IMG/VR virus record: IMGVR_UViG_3300011335_000099
Coordinates: 1-31,912 of that record
DNA length: 31,912 nucleotides
DNA from: a virus
Lineage: Duplodnaviria; Caudoviricetes
Direction: 5' to 3' (one strand)
In this document: one piece after another, positions 7,350 to 15,541 of the stretch
Numbering within the stretch: position 1 is the stretch's first letter
Layout: every line of letters begins with the position of its first letter
Notes under the pieces: model-generated
Database searches by the model: none
Seen by the model: only the letters and a program-made list of their open reading frames with translations
Told to the model about the DNA's origin: nothing
Program-made: the position numbers and the translations under genes

Positions 7350-8993
7350 ATGAGTTTAACAAAAGTAAGTTACAGCATGATTGAAGGTAGCTGCATTAAT
7401 GCAGCAGATTATGGCTTTTCTACTACCGCGTCAGGGAGTGTAAATAAAGCGGCTTTAAATGCTGCTATTGCTGCAATGGTAGCAACTGGTCGAGGGGGAA
7501 TAATTCAATTACCACTAGGTAACTTTACTGTTGATCCAACCATAATTATCACAGGTGATCATATTACATTGCAAGGCTGGGGTAATGCAATGGAGTACGG
7601 CCCAACAGATCAATCTGGAACTGTGCTTACTTTTACCGCAGGAACAGTTGGTATTAATGCAACTTTCATTGATGGTGCAACAGCAGGTTCTTACACGGTA
7701 ATAAAAGATTTAACAGTTGCTGGTAATGGGGTATTACAAACAGGTATTTTGATTGATGGCATGGTAACTATGCAAGGCGTGCAAGTTGGTTCATGCACAA
7801 ATCATGGTATACACATGACAGGCTATGTCAATACAAGTAGCCTACAAAATTGTTCTGTAATAAATAATCGAGGTAACGATACAAGTTTGGGTATTGGGCT
7901 ATTAATTGATACCGTATCAGGCGGGAATACCCCGATTACGCTGTACAATTTTTTAGCTCGCGATAATAACCGAGGCGTTATTGTTCAAGATTGTCAATTG
8001 CTATTATGGGATGGCGGTGTAAGCGAACAAAATACTAAAGAAGGTTTACTGCTACGAAAAGTAGTAGGTGGAAATCTTAACAACATAAAAATTCAAAGTG
8101 TATGGTTTGAGCAAAATTATGCTAATACTGCTGGTGGTTATCAAGTAGTTCTTGATGCAAATATTCCAGACTATAGTACAGGTGCAGTATTTAATACTAC
8201 TTTTGATCATTGTGTATTTAACATGGTTGGTGCAAGTACAGTTGGTAAAAATATTGACCTAATCGCAGCTAGAAAAACAAGGTTTATTACTTGTATAAGT
8301 ACCCATGGTGGTGGTGCAAGTATCGCTGCTATTAGATTAGGTACATATTCTTTAGCAACAGAAATCTTTAATTTAGAGACAAACCATGAGCTTCCACAGA
8401 TAGCAAATATTGGAAGTCTTAATTATTTTTCACAAGCTGTTTTAACTCCACCATTCCCTAGCGCACCAGGCGGTCAAAATGTTACTTGTATTTATCCTGA
8501 TAGTTTACGAGTAACAAGCGGAAATATTACTCAGTCATCTAGTACAGGTACTTTAACTTTAGACTCTGGAAGTGTATTAACTCAAACATATAAAGTTTCT
8601 GTTACAAGAGGTTTTACTGGCGCCGCAACAACTGCTGATGTTGTTATTGCTACTTTGCCAGCTAAAACTAGATTGATTTCAATTATTGCTGATACGATTA
8701 CACCTTGGTCTGGCGGTGGAGTTACCGCTTGTACGCAAACAATTGGCACAACAGCAGGCGGTGCGCAACTTATTGCTTCTTATGATTGCTTTACTGCTGC
8801 CGTAACAAAAGGACTTGCTGACGCAGATATGGGCACATCAATGACTAGAGCTGCTGCCGTACAAGGCGGCACTATTCCATCTTGGACTGCTACTACACCA
8901 ATTTATTTGCGTATTACAACAACAACTGCAAACACTAACGCATTAACGCAAGGTGAAACCGTTGTTTACTTAATTACAGAAAGATTTAGTTAA
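7350..8993 (+). CDS. Tailspike / polysaccharide depolymerase, pectate-lyase-like beta-helix
   Basis: 'INAADYGF...NKAALNAAI...GGIIQLPLGNF' beta-helix cap followed by N/G/I/V-rich rungs; N-terminal 'MSLTKVSYSMI'. Confidence 0.8.
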   Translation: MSLTKVSYSMIEGSCINAADYGFSTTASGSVNKAALNAAIAAMVATGRGGIIQLPLGNFTVDPTIIITGDHITLQGWGNAMEYGPTDQSGTVLTFTAGTVGINATFIDGATAGSYTVIKDLTVAGNGVLQTGILIDGMVTMQGVQVGSCTNHGIHMTGYVNTSSLQNCSVINNRGNDTSLGIGLLIDTVSGGNTPITLYNFLARDNNRGVIVQDCQLLLWDGGVSEQNTKEGLLLRKVVGGNLNNIKIQSVWFEQNYANTAGGYQVVLDANIPDYSTGAVFNTTFDHCVFNMVGASTVGKNIDLIAARKTRFITCISTHGGGASIAAIRLGTYSLATEIFNLETNHELPQIANIGSLNYFSQAVLTPPFPSAPGGQNVTCIYPDSLRVTSGNITQSSSTGTLTLDSGSVLTQTYKVSVTRGFTGAATTADVVIATLPAKTRLISIIADTITPWSGGGVTACTQTIGTTAGGAQLIASYDCFTAAVTKGLADADMGTSMTRAAAVQGGTIPSWTATTPIYLRITTTTANTNALTQGETVVYLITERFS

Positions 8994-9004
8994 AAAAGCA
9001 ACAC

Positions 9005-9033
9005 TTGACAAAGCAAAAATTTAGGAATATATT
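9005..9033 (+). promoter_or_regulatory. Near-consensus sigma70 promoter for scaffold and coat genes
   Basis: TTGACA (9005-9010), 17 nt, TATATT (9028-9033) in the intergenic gap. Confidence 0.8.
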
Positions 9034-9042
9034 TTGTAACAA

Positions 9043-9077
9043 CCGTACTAGCCGTTAGCTAGGGATTCTTAGGAGTC
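9043..9077 (+). promoter_or_regulatory. Structured 5' leader of the scaffold gene (two hairpins, the second covering the SD)
   Basis: CTAGC(9048-9052)/GCTAG(9058-9062); GATTC(9064-9068)/GAGTC(9073-9077) overlapping AGGAG at 9071-9075. Confidence 0.5.
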
Positions 9078-9081
9078 ATAG

Positions 9082-9867
9082 ATGTCTGAAGAACAAGAAG
9101 TAGTCTTAGCGGACTCAACTGCCGCGCCAGAACAGGTAGCAACAGCAGCTCCTGATACTGAAGTAACATCGCTGGAAGAAAAGCCTGTTGAAGCATCTAA
9201 AACCTTCACACAAGAAGAATTAGACGCCGCAATTGGAAAACGACTTGCAAGAGAACAACGTAAGTGGGAAAGAGAACAGAACGCCAAGCGAGCAGAAATG
9301 CAAACAAGGGCGATTCCAGCCGAAATTCCGTCAGTCGATTCGTTTAACTCGCCCGAAGAATATGCTGAAGTATTAGCAGAACGTAAGGCAGAAGAACTAC
9401 TCGTTAAACGTGAACAAGCTAGAGCGCAGTCTGATCTTTTAGAGTCTTACCACGACAGAGAAGAAGAAGCGCGGACGAAGTATGATGACTTTGAACAAGT
9501 CGCATATAACCCCAAGCTACCAATTACTGACGTGATGGCTCAAACGATTCAATCTTCTGATGTTGGCCCCGATATGGCTTATTACCTAGGGTCTAATCCA
9601 AAAGAAGCTGAACGTATCTCTCGCTTATCACCTTTCATGCAAGCCAAAGAAATAGGGAAGATTGAAGCGAAGTTAAGCGACAATCCGCCTGTAAAAAAGA
9701 CTTCAAACGCTCCTGCACCGATTGCACCTGTCACAGCTAGAGGTTCTGGCTCGCCAGCATACGATACAACTGATCCTCGTTCGATTAAGAACATGAGTAC
9801 GTCAGAATGGATTGAAGCTGAACGAAACCGACAGATCAAGAAGTACGAAGCATTGAGAAACCGCTAA
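9082..9867 (+). CDS. Capsid scaffolding protein
   Basis: Acidic, helical 261-aa ORF directly before the coat gene; 'TFTQEELDA..KRLARE' motif; basic C-terminal helix. Confidence 0.85.
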   Translation: MSEEQEVVLADSTAAPEQVATAAPDTEVTSLEEKPVEASKTFTQEELDAAIGKRLAREQRKWEREQNAKRAEMQTRAIPAEIPSVDSFNSPEEYAEVLAERKAEELLVKREQARAQSDLLESYHDREEEARTKYDDFEQVAYNPKLPITDVMAQTIQSSDVGPDMAYYLGSNPKEAERISRLSPFMQAKEIGKIEAKLSDNPPVKKTSNAPAPIAPVTARGSGSPAYDTTDPRSIKNMSTSEWIEAERNRQIKKYEALRNR

Positions 9868-9890
9868 CTATTTTATAAAAGGACTTTATT

Positions 9891-11099
9891 ATGTCAAATT
9901 CGATCTTAACGATTGATATGATCACAAGAAAAGCTCTCGAAATTCTTGAGAACAACCTTGTGATTACTCGTAACGTAAACCGCCAATACGACGATTCTTT
10001 CGCCGTTGAAGGTGCCAAAATTGGATCCACACTCCGTATTCGTCTACCAGATCGTGCTTTGGTAACTGACGGCGCCGCCTTGCAAGTTCAAGACGACAAC
10101 GAACAGTTCACAACTTTGACTGTTGCTAGTCAAAAGCACATCGGTGTCAACTTCACATCTGCTGAATTAACTATGCAGTTAGATGACTTCGCTGAGCGTG
10201 TTCTAAAACCTCGTATTAGCCAGTTAGCCTCAAGTATTGATGCTGACGTAGCTACTTCTTTCAAGAGCATTTATCAGTCTGTTGGTACACCAGGCACAGT
10301 TCCATCAACTTCTTTGGTCTTGTTACAAGCTCAACAGAAATTGAACGAAGCTGCTGCTGTAATGTCTCCACGGTACGCTACTGTAAACCCTGCCGCTAAC
10401 GCTGGCTTGGTTGAAGGTATGAAAGGCTTATTCAACCCAACTGACACTATCAGCCGCCAATTCAAGAACGGTATGATGGGTGAAGGCGTATTAGGGTTTG
10501 AAGAAATCAACATGAGCCAATCTATCAGTCAGCATACAACTGGTACAACTCCAACTGCACCAATCGTAGCTGCTACTGTAACTGCTGAAGGTTCTACATC
10601 ATTAGCAATTAGCTTTAGTTCAGGTTCGCCAACTTTCAGAATTGGTGACGTGTTTACAATTGCTAACGTATATGCTGTTAACCCACAAACTCGTCAGTCA
10701 ACAGGTTCACTACAACAATTTGTTGTAACTGCTGATCTGAACATTTCTTCAACCACAACTGGTACCCTAACAGTATCGCCAGCGATGTACACCTCTGCTA
10801 ACGCATTGGCTACCATCAATGCGTTCCCTGTTTCAGGCGCTGCTTTAACTTTCCTAGGTGGATCCGCAACATCTTACCCACAAAACTTGATCTATCACAA
10901 AGATGCGATCACTTTTGCGACTGCTGACTTGCTATTACCACAAGGTGTAGACATGGCTTCACGTCAAGTTCACAACGGTATCTCGATGCGTATAGTACGT
11001 CAGTACGACATCAACAATGACCGTTTACCTTGCCGTATTGACGTTCTATACGGTTTCAGCGCAATCCGACCACAAATGGCTTGCCGTCTGTGGGGTTAA
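9891..11099 (+). CDS. Major capsid protein, P22 coat (gp5)-like
   Basis: 402 aa; 'KIGSTLRIRLP', 'HKDAITFATADL', 'CRIDVLYG' motifs; SD AAGGA; followed by a terminator. Confidence 0.93.
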   Translation: MSNSILTIDMITRKALEILENNLVITRNVNRQYDDSFAVEGAKIGSTLRIRLPDRALVTDGAALQVQDDNEQFTTLTVASQKHIGVNFTSAELTMQLDDFAERVLKPRISQLASSIDADVATSFKSIYQSVGTPGTVPSTSLVLLQAQQKLNEAAAVMSPRYATVNPAANAGLVEGMKGLFNPTDTISRQFKNGMMGEGVLGFEEINMSQSISQHTTGTTPTAPIVAATVTAEGSTSLAISFSSGSPTFRIGDVFTIANVYAVNPQTRQSTGSLQQFVVTADLNISSTTTGTLTVSPAMYTSANALATINAFPVSGAALTFLGGSATSYPQNLIYHKDAITFATADLLLPQGVDMASRQVHNGISMRIVRQYDINNDRLPCRIDVLYGFSAIRPQMACRLWG

Positions 11100-11107
11100 A
11101 CCTAAAT

Positions 11108-11133
11108 GCTCCCGTGTAAACGGGGGCTTTTTT
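11108..11133 (+). terminator. Rho-independent terminator after the coat gene
   Basis: GCTCCCGT-GTAA-ACGGGGGC hairpin followed by T6. Confidence 0.85.
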
Positions 11134-11153
11134 AATATTTAAGGAGAATTATT

Positions 11154-11549
11154 ATGGCATTACCTAATGGTGCAGGTGGTTATCAGCTAGGCGACGGTAA
11201 CTTAACCGAAATTAACATGAGTACACAAACAGCCCCAACGGCTAAAACAGCGGCAGCAACTTTAACAGCCGCTGAATTAGCCACAGGGATTATTACTTTT
11301 GACGGAACAGCAGGCGCATTAACTGTTCCTCTTGGAACCGCATTAGATACAGCATTTCCAAGTATGAAAGTTAATAGTTCTTTTGAGTTTAATATTATTA
11401 ACTTAGACTCAACCGACACCGCAACTTTAACTGCTAACACAGGTTGTACTTTGGTCGGTGTTGCAGCAGTTCTTGCGGTTACATCGTGTACTTGGCGTGT
11501 TCGTAAGACTGCCGATGCAACGTATGTATTTTACCGCGTAGCTGGTTAA
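11154..11549 (+). CDS. Putative capsid decoration / minor head protein
   Basis: 131 aa, T/A-rich, strong SD AAGGAG, directly after the coat gene, with its own terminator. Confidence 0.6.
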   Translation: MALPNGAGGYQLGDGNLTEINMSTQTAPTAKTAAATLTAAELATGIITFDGTAGALTVPLGTALDTAFPSMKVNSSFEFNIINLDSTDTATLTANTGCTLVGVAAVLAVTSCTWRVRKTADATYVFYRVAG

Positions 11550-11551
11550 TG

Positions 11552-11587
11552 TAATACCCGCCCCTTGGGGCGGGATTAACTTTTTTT
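11552..11587 (+). terminator. Rho-independent terminator
   Basis: CCCGCCC-CTTG-GGGCGGG stem (11557-11574), extendable by TAAT/ATTA, then T7 at 11581-11587. Confidence 0.75.
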
Positions 11588-11611
11588 GGAAATAATAAAG
11601 GAGTTTTAATA

Positions 11612-12214
11612 ATGGCAAATAACAAACCTATTGGCGTTGCATACGCCGATCCACAATTAGATTCGTATCAAGTTGGTAGTTCTAACGATCCTATTTCTAT
11701 TACTTCAGCAGGCGTTTTAAATGGTAGCTATGCTACTACTTCAGCTACTTCTGGCGATACCCGTTTAAATTACGAAAAGTTAACTTTTACTTCTACAGGT
11801 TCAGGCGAAACTTTACGTGCTTTTTCTGTGGTCACAGGTACTAATGCGGCTACTGCTGGCACAATCAATGGCGCTCACATTTCTTGTGAGATTAACGGTA
11901 ACAGCGCAAGCATTTCTGGCGCAGCTAACGCAATCCGTGCTACTTTAGGCGGTAACGATGCTACTCCTGGCGGTACTTTGGCAGCAATTCAATTGGACTC
12001 CAATTTTGCTGCTGGTGTAACTTTGCCTGGCGTTACTGCATTTATGCGCGTGACCGATAGCAACACCGTAAAAGTTGGCTCATTGCTTAATATGCCAGCG
12101 CCAGCGTCAAACACGATTTTCCGTGCCAAAGCAGCGGCTGCTGTTACTCACGTTATCAAAATTGTGGCTGACAACGGCACGCCGTACTATATTATGGTTT
12201 CGGACGCCGTGTAA
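11612..12214 (+). CDS. Putative head fibre / minor structural protein
   Basis: 200 aa, A/T/G/S-rich, SD AAGGAG; 'IKIVADNGTPYYI' C-terminus resembles fibre tips. Confidence 0.55.
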   Translation: MANNKPIGVAYADPQLDSYQVGSSNDPISITSAGVLNGSYATTSATSGDTRLNYEKLTFTSTGSGETLRAFSVVTGTNAATAGTINGAHISCEINGNSASISGAANAIRATLGGNDATPGGTLAAIQLDSNFAAGVTLPGVTAFMRVTDSNTVKVGSLLNMPAPASNTIFRAKAAAAVTHVIKIVADNGTPYYIMVSDAV

Positions 12215-12372
12215 TGCAAATTAGTAAAGAGTTTTTGTTGTCTGAAATCTTTGAACTTGAGAATGAATCACAGAAGGCGCAAACCTTCTTGATTCAGGCT
12301 CAAGCCACTATTTCTGCGTATAAAATGCTTATTAATAAAATAGACGAACCTGAAAGTTCTGTAGTTGAATAA
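12214..12372 (+). CDS. 52-aa coiled-coil protein (not in ORF track): MQISKEFLLSEIFELENESQKAQTFLIQAQATISAYKMLINKIDEPESSVVE; possible fibre chaperone
   Basis: Manual translation; TAATG coupling to ORF 11612; stop lies 3 nt before the next ATG. Confidence 0.7.
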   Translation: MQISKEFLLSEIFELENESQKAQTFLIQAQATISAYKMLINKIDEPESSVVE

Positions 12373-12375
12373 ATT

Positions 12376-12558
12376 ATGACTATATATTTAAAACATCCTG
12401 ACCACGGTAGTAAAGTTGCTACGATGGAACAAGAAGCAGAATATGATGAACAAAATGGCTGGGTGCGTTATACTGACGATACGCCATCTGAAGAAGAAGT
12501 GATTGCGGCTCCTGTCAATACGTTGGAAGTAAAAAGACGTCGTAAAACTATCGAGTAA
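12376..12558 (+). CDS. Hypothetical protein
   Basis: 60-aa in-operon ORF; 'EAEYDEQNGW' motif and basic tail KRRRK. Confidence 0.7.
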   Translation: MTIYLKHPDHGSKVATMEQEAEYDEQNGWVRYTDDTPSEEEVIAAPVNTLEVKRRRKTIE

Positions 12559-12568
12559 AGGGTGAGTT

Positions 12569-13285
12569 ATGGCAATTTATACCGCCAACGATCAAATTAA
12601 TGGGGCGCTACGTCTATTAGGAGTATTGGCGGAAGGTGAAACGCCATCTGCTGCCACATCGCAAGATGCTTTAGCTGCATTAAATCAAATGATTGATTCA
12701 TGGAATACTGAGCGTCTATCAGTATTTTCTACGCAAGACCAAGTATTTAATTGGCCACCTAACATATTAAGTAGAACGCTAGGGCCTACAGGCGACTTCG
12801 TAGGTAATCGACCTGTTCTATTAGACGACTCTACATACTTTATTGACCCTGCCAACGGTATCTCGTTTGGTATTAAGATGATTAATCAACAGCAATACAA
12901 CGGTATTGCGGTTAAGACAGTCACTAGCACATACCCGCAAGTCATATTTACCAATATGACGTACCCTAATATTGAGATGTTTATATATCCTAAACCAACT
13001 AAAGTGCTGCAATGGCATTTTATTTCGGTTCAAGAGTTAACACAGCCTGCTACGCTTGCAACTAACATATTGTTCCCGCCAGGCTATTTAAGAGCTTTTA
13101 GGTATAACTTGGCTTGTGAGTTTGCTGCCGAGTTTGGTGTTGAGCCAAGCCCACAAGTGTCACGAATTGCGATGGCATCAAAACGCAACATAAAACGTAT
13201 TAACAACCCAGATGATATTATGTCATTACCGTACAGTATTGTTGGCACACGCCAGCGCTACAATATATTCGCAGGAAATTATTAA
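12569..13285 (+). CDS. Head-tail adaptor, P22 gp4-like
   Basis: 'INGALRLLGVLAEGETPS..QDALAALNQMIDSW' and 'YNLACEFAAEFG' motifs typical of gp4-like adaptors. Confidence 0.8.
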   Translation: MAIYTANDQINGALRLLGVLAEGETPSAATSQDALAALNQMIDSWNTERLSVFSTQDQVFNWPPNILSRTLGPTGDFVGNRPVLLDDSTYFIDPANGISFGIKMINQQQYNGIAVKTVTSTYPQVIFTNMTYPNIEMFIYPKPTKVLQWHFISVQELTQPATLATNILFPPGYLRAFRYNLACEFAAEFGVEPSPQVSRIAMASKRNIKRINNPDDIMSLPYSIVGTRQRYNIFAGNY

Positions 13286-13294
13286 GGATAAATT

Positions 13295-13900
13295 ATGGCT
13301 ACGATTGCTATTTCAGCTTTACCCGTCGCAACTTCCCAAGCTGGCGCTGATGTGTTGCCAATTGTGCAAGCTGCAACTAGCACGACTAAACAACTATCTG
13401 TTACGGCTTTGTTTACTAGCCCTACGTTTGTAACCCCTGCACTTGGTACGGTGGCGTCAGGCAATATTTCTGCTTGTACATCAACAAGTATGGCATTGAC
13501 TACACCTGCTATCGGCGCTGCTACAGGTACAAGTTTGACTGCAACAGGTACAATTGTTTCAACTGGCACAGCAGGTGTTGGGTACGCAACTGGAGCTGGT
13601 GGTACAGTTACGCAAGCAACTAGCCGAACTACAGGCGTAACTTTAAACAAAACAACTGGCTCAATTACGTTAGTTAGCGCCGCTGGTTCTGCCACAGCAG
13701 CAACTTTTACCGTAACAAATAGCACGGTAGCAGCGACTGATGTAATTATTTTAAATCAAAAATCAGGTACTGATTTATATGATTTAATGGTTACTGCGGT
13801 GGCTTTGGGTAGTTTTAATATTACTTTTAGAACTACTGGTGGTTCAACTACAGAAACACCCGTGTTTAATTTTGCAGTAATTAAAGGTGTAGCTGCATAA
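13295..13900 (+). CDS. Short fibre / spike structural protein
   Basis: 201 aa, T/A/G-rich; N-terminal ~40 aa visibly homologous to the N-terminus of ORF 6258. Confidence 0.65.
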   Translation: MATIAISALPVATSQAGADVLPIVQAATSTTKQLSVTALFTSPTFVTPALGTVASGNISACTSTSMALTTPAIGAATGTSLTATGTIVSTGTAGVGYATGAGGTVTQATSRTTGVTLNKTTGSITLVSAAGSATAATFTVTNSTVAATDVIILNQKSGTDLYDLMVTAVALGSFNITFRTTGGSTTETPVFNFAVIKGVAA

Positions 13901-13903
13901 ACA

Positions 13904-15541
13904 ATGAAAACCCCGATTTTAGGTCAATCGTATGTTGCACGTAGCGTTAATGCGGCGGATGCCCGTATGGTTAATCTTTTTCCTGAAGTTGTAACTGAAG
14001 GAGAAGAAACAGGGTTTTTACAACGCGCGCCTGGCTTAAAGTTTTTACAGACTGTAGGTACTGGCCCTATTCGAGCATTGTGGGCGCACCAAACAAATGG
14101 CTCAGACTTTTATGTAGTGTCTGGGCAAGAGTTTTATAAATTAACAAGCACTACGGCTACACCAACGCTTTTAGGTATTGTAAGTGGCTCAGGCCCCGTA
14201 TCTATTGCCGACAATGGCACACAAATATTTTTGGCGTGTAATCCTAATGGTTTTATCTACAATGAAGTAACTAATGTATTTGCACAGATTACAGACCCTG
14301 ATTTTGCAGGCGCTGTAACCGTATCGTACTTAGACGGCTATTTTGTGTTTAACGAGCCGAATAGTCAAAAGATTTGGGTTTCGCAATTATTAGACGGTAC
14401 ATCTGTTGATCCACTAGACTTTGCTAGTGCTGAAGGCTCACCAGACGGCGTGGTTGCCCTTATATCCGATCACCGCGAGCTGTGGGTGTTTGGTACGGAT
14501 TCCGTAGAAGTTTGGTATGACTCAGGCGCAGCCGACTTTCCTCTGACGCGTATTCAAGGTGCTTTTAATGAAATTGGTTGCGTTGCAGCATTTTCAATTG
14601 CTAAGTTAGATAACGGATTGTTTTGGCTAGGCACAGATGCGCGTGGTCAGGGTATCGTCTATCGTGCTAACGGTTACACAGGCGTTCGGGTTTCTACCCA
14701 TGCAATTGAATGGCAAATACAACAGTACGGCAATATATCCGATGCGGTGGCGTATACTTATCAACAAGACGGCCATGCGTTCTACGTAATTAGTTTTCCA
14801 ACAGGCAACGCTACTTGGGTTTATGACGTATCTACGCAAGCATGGCATGAACGAGCAGGTTTTATTGACGGCAACTTTACAAGACATCGTAGCAATAATC
14901 AATGTAACTTTGGCGGTACGATTATTGTTGGTGATTATATAAACGGCAATATATACCAACTTGATTTAGAAACTTACGCAGATAACGGGCAACCTCAAAA
15001 GTGGTTACGCTCATGGCGCGCATTAATGCCAGGGCAAAATAACTTTAAACGTACAGCCCAACATACGTTGCAACTTAACGCTGAAACAGGCGTTGGGCTA
15101 GAACAATACCCCGCGTATGATTCTGAAGATATAGCAACAGAAGATGGCAAACAAATTATTGCTGAATATCTACAAACTAATTTAATTACACAAGCAGGAT
15201 TAGACTTAACTACAGAGTCCAACGATCAATTTGAGCTTATAGGCATTAATACAAGCCTTGACGATATTAACGGGTATATTTTAGCTACTAATGCTTATAC
15301 AGCAGCGCCTGGCTATAATCCTCAAGCTATGTTGCGCTGGTCAGACGATGCAGGCCACACATGGTCAAATGAGCATTGGTCGTCAATGGGCAAAATTGGT
15401 CAGTATGGATTCCGTACGTTTTGGCGTAGGCTTGGCATGACACAAAAGTTGCGTGATCGTGTCTATGAAGTGTCAGGTACCGATCCAGTAAAGATTGCCA
15501 TTACCAACGCTGAAATACTGTTATCGCCGACTAATGCCTGA
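13904..15541 (+). CDS. Tail hub / packaged DNA stabilization protein, P22 gp10-like
   Basis: 'YLDGYFVF', 'FASAEGSPD', 'WVFGTDSVEVWY', 'MLRWSDDAGHTWS', 'WRRLG' motifs; acidic insertion at about 15100-15320. Confidence 0.9.
   Translation: MKTPILGQSYVARSVNAADARMVNLFPEVVTEGEETGFLQRAPGLKFLQTVGTGPIRALWAHQTNGSDFYVVSGQEFYKLTSTTATPTLLGIVSGSGPVSIADNGTQIFLACNPNGFIYNEVTNVFAQITDPDFAGAVTVSYLDGYFVFNEPNSQKIWVSQLLDGTSVDPLDFASAEGSPDGVVALISDHRELWVFGTDSVEVWYDSGAADFPLTRIQGAFNEIGCVAAFSIAKLDNGLFWLGTDARGQGIVYRANGYTGVRVSTHAIEWQIQQYGNISDAVAYTYQQDGHAFYVISFPTGNATWVYDVSTQAWHERAGFIDGNFTRHRSNNQCNFGGTIIVGDYINGNIYQLDLETYADNGQPQKWLRSWRALMPGQNNFKRTAQHTLQLNAETGVGLEQYPAYDSEDIATEDGKQIIAEYLQTNLITQAGLDLTTESNDQFELIGINTSLDDINGYILATNAYTAAPGYNPQAMLRWSDDAGHTWSNEHWSSMGKIGQYGFRTFWRRLGMTQKLRDRVYEVSGTDPVKIAITNAEILLSPTNA

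Noticed and set aside
15495-15533. Track start codons at 15495, 7117 and 24173
   Set aside because: Downstream ATGs (15534, 7129, 24149) have better SD or coupling and avoid long overlaps
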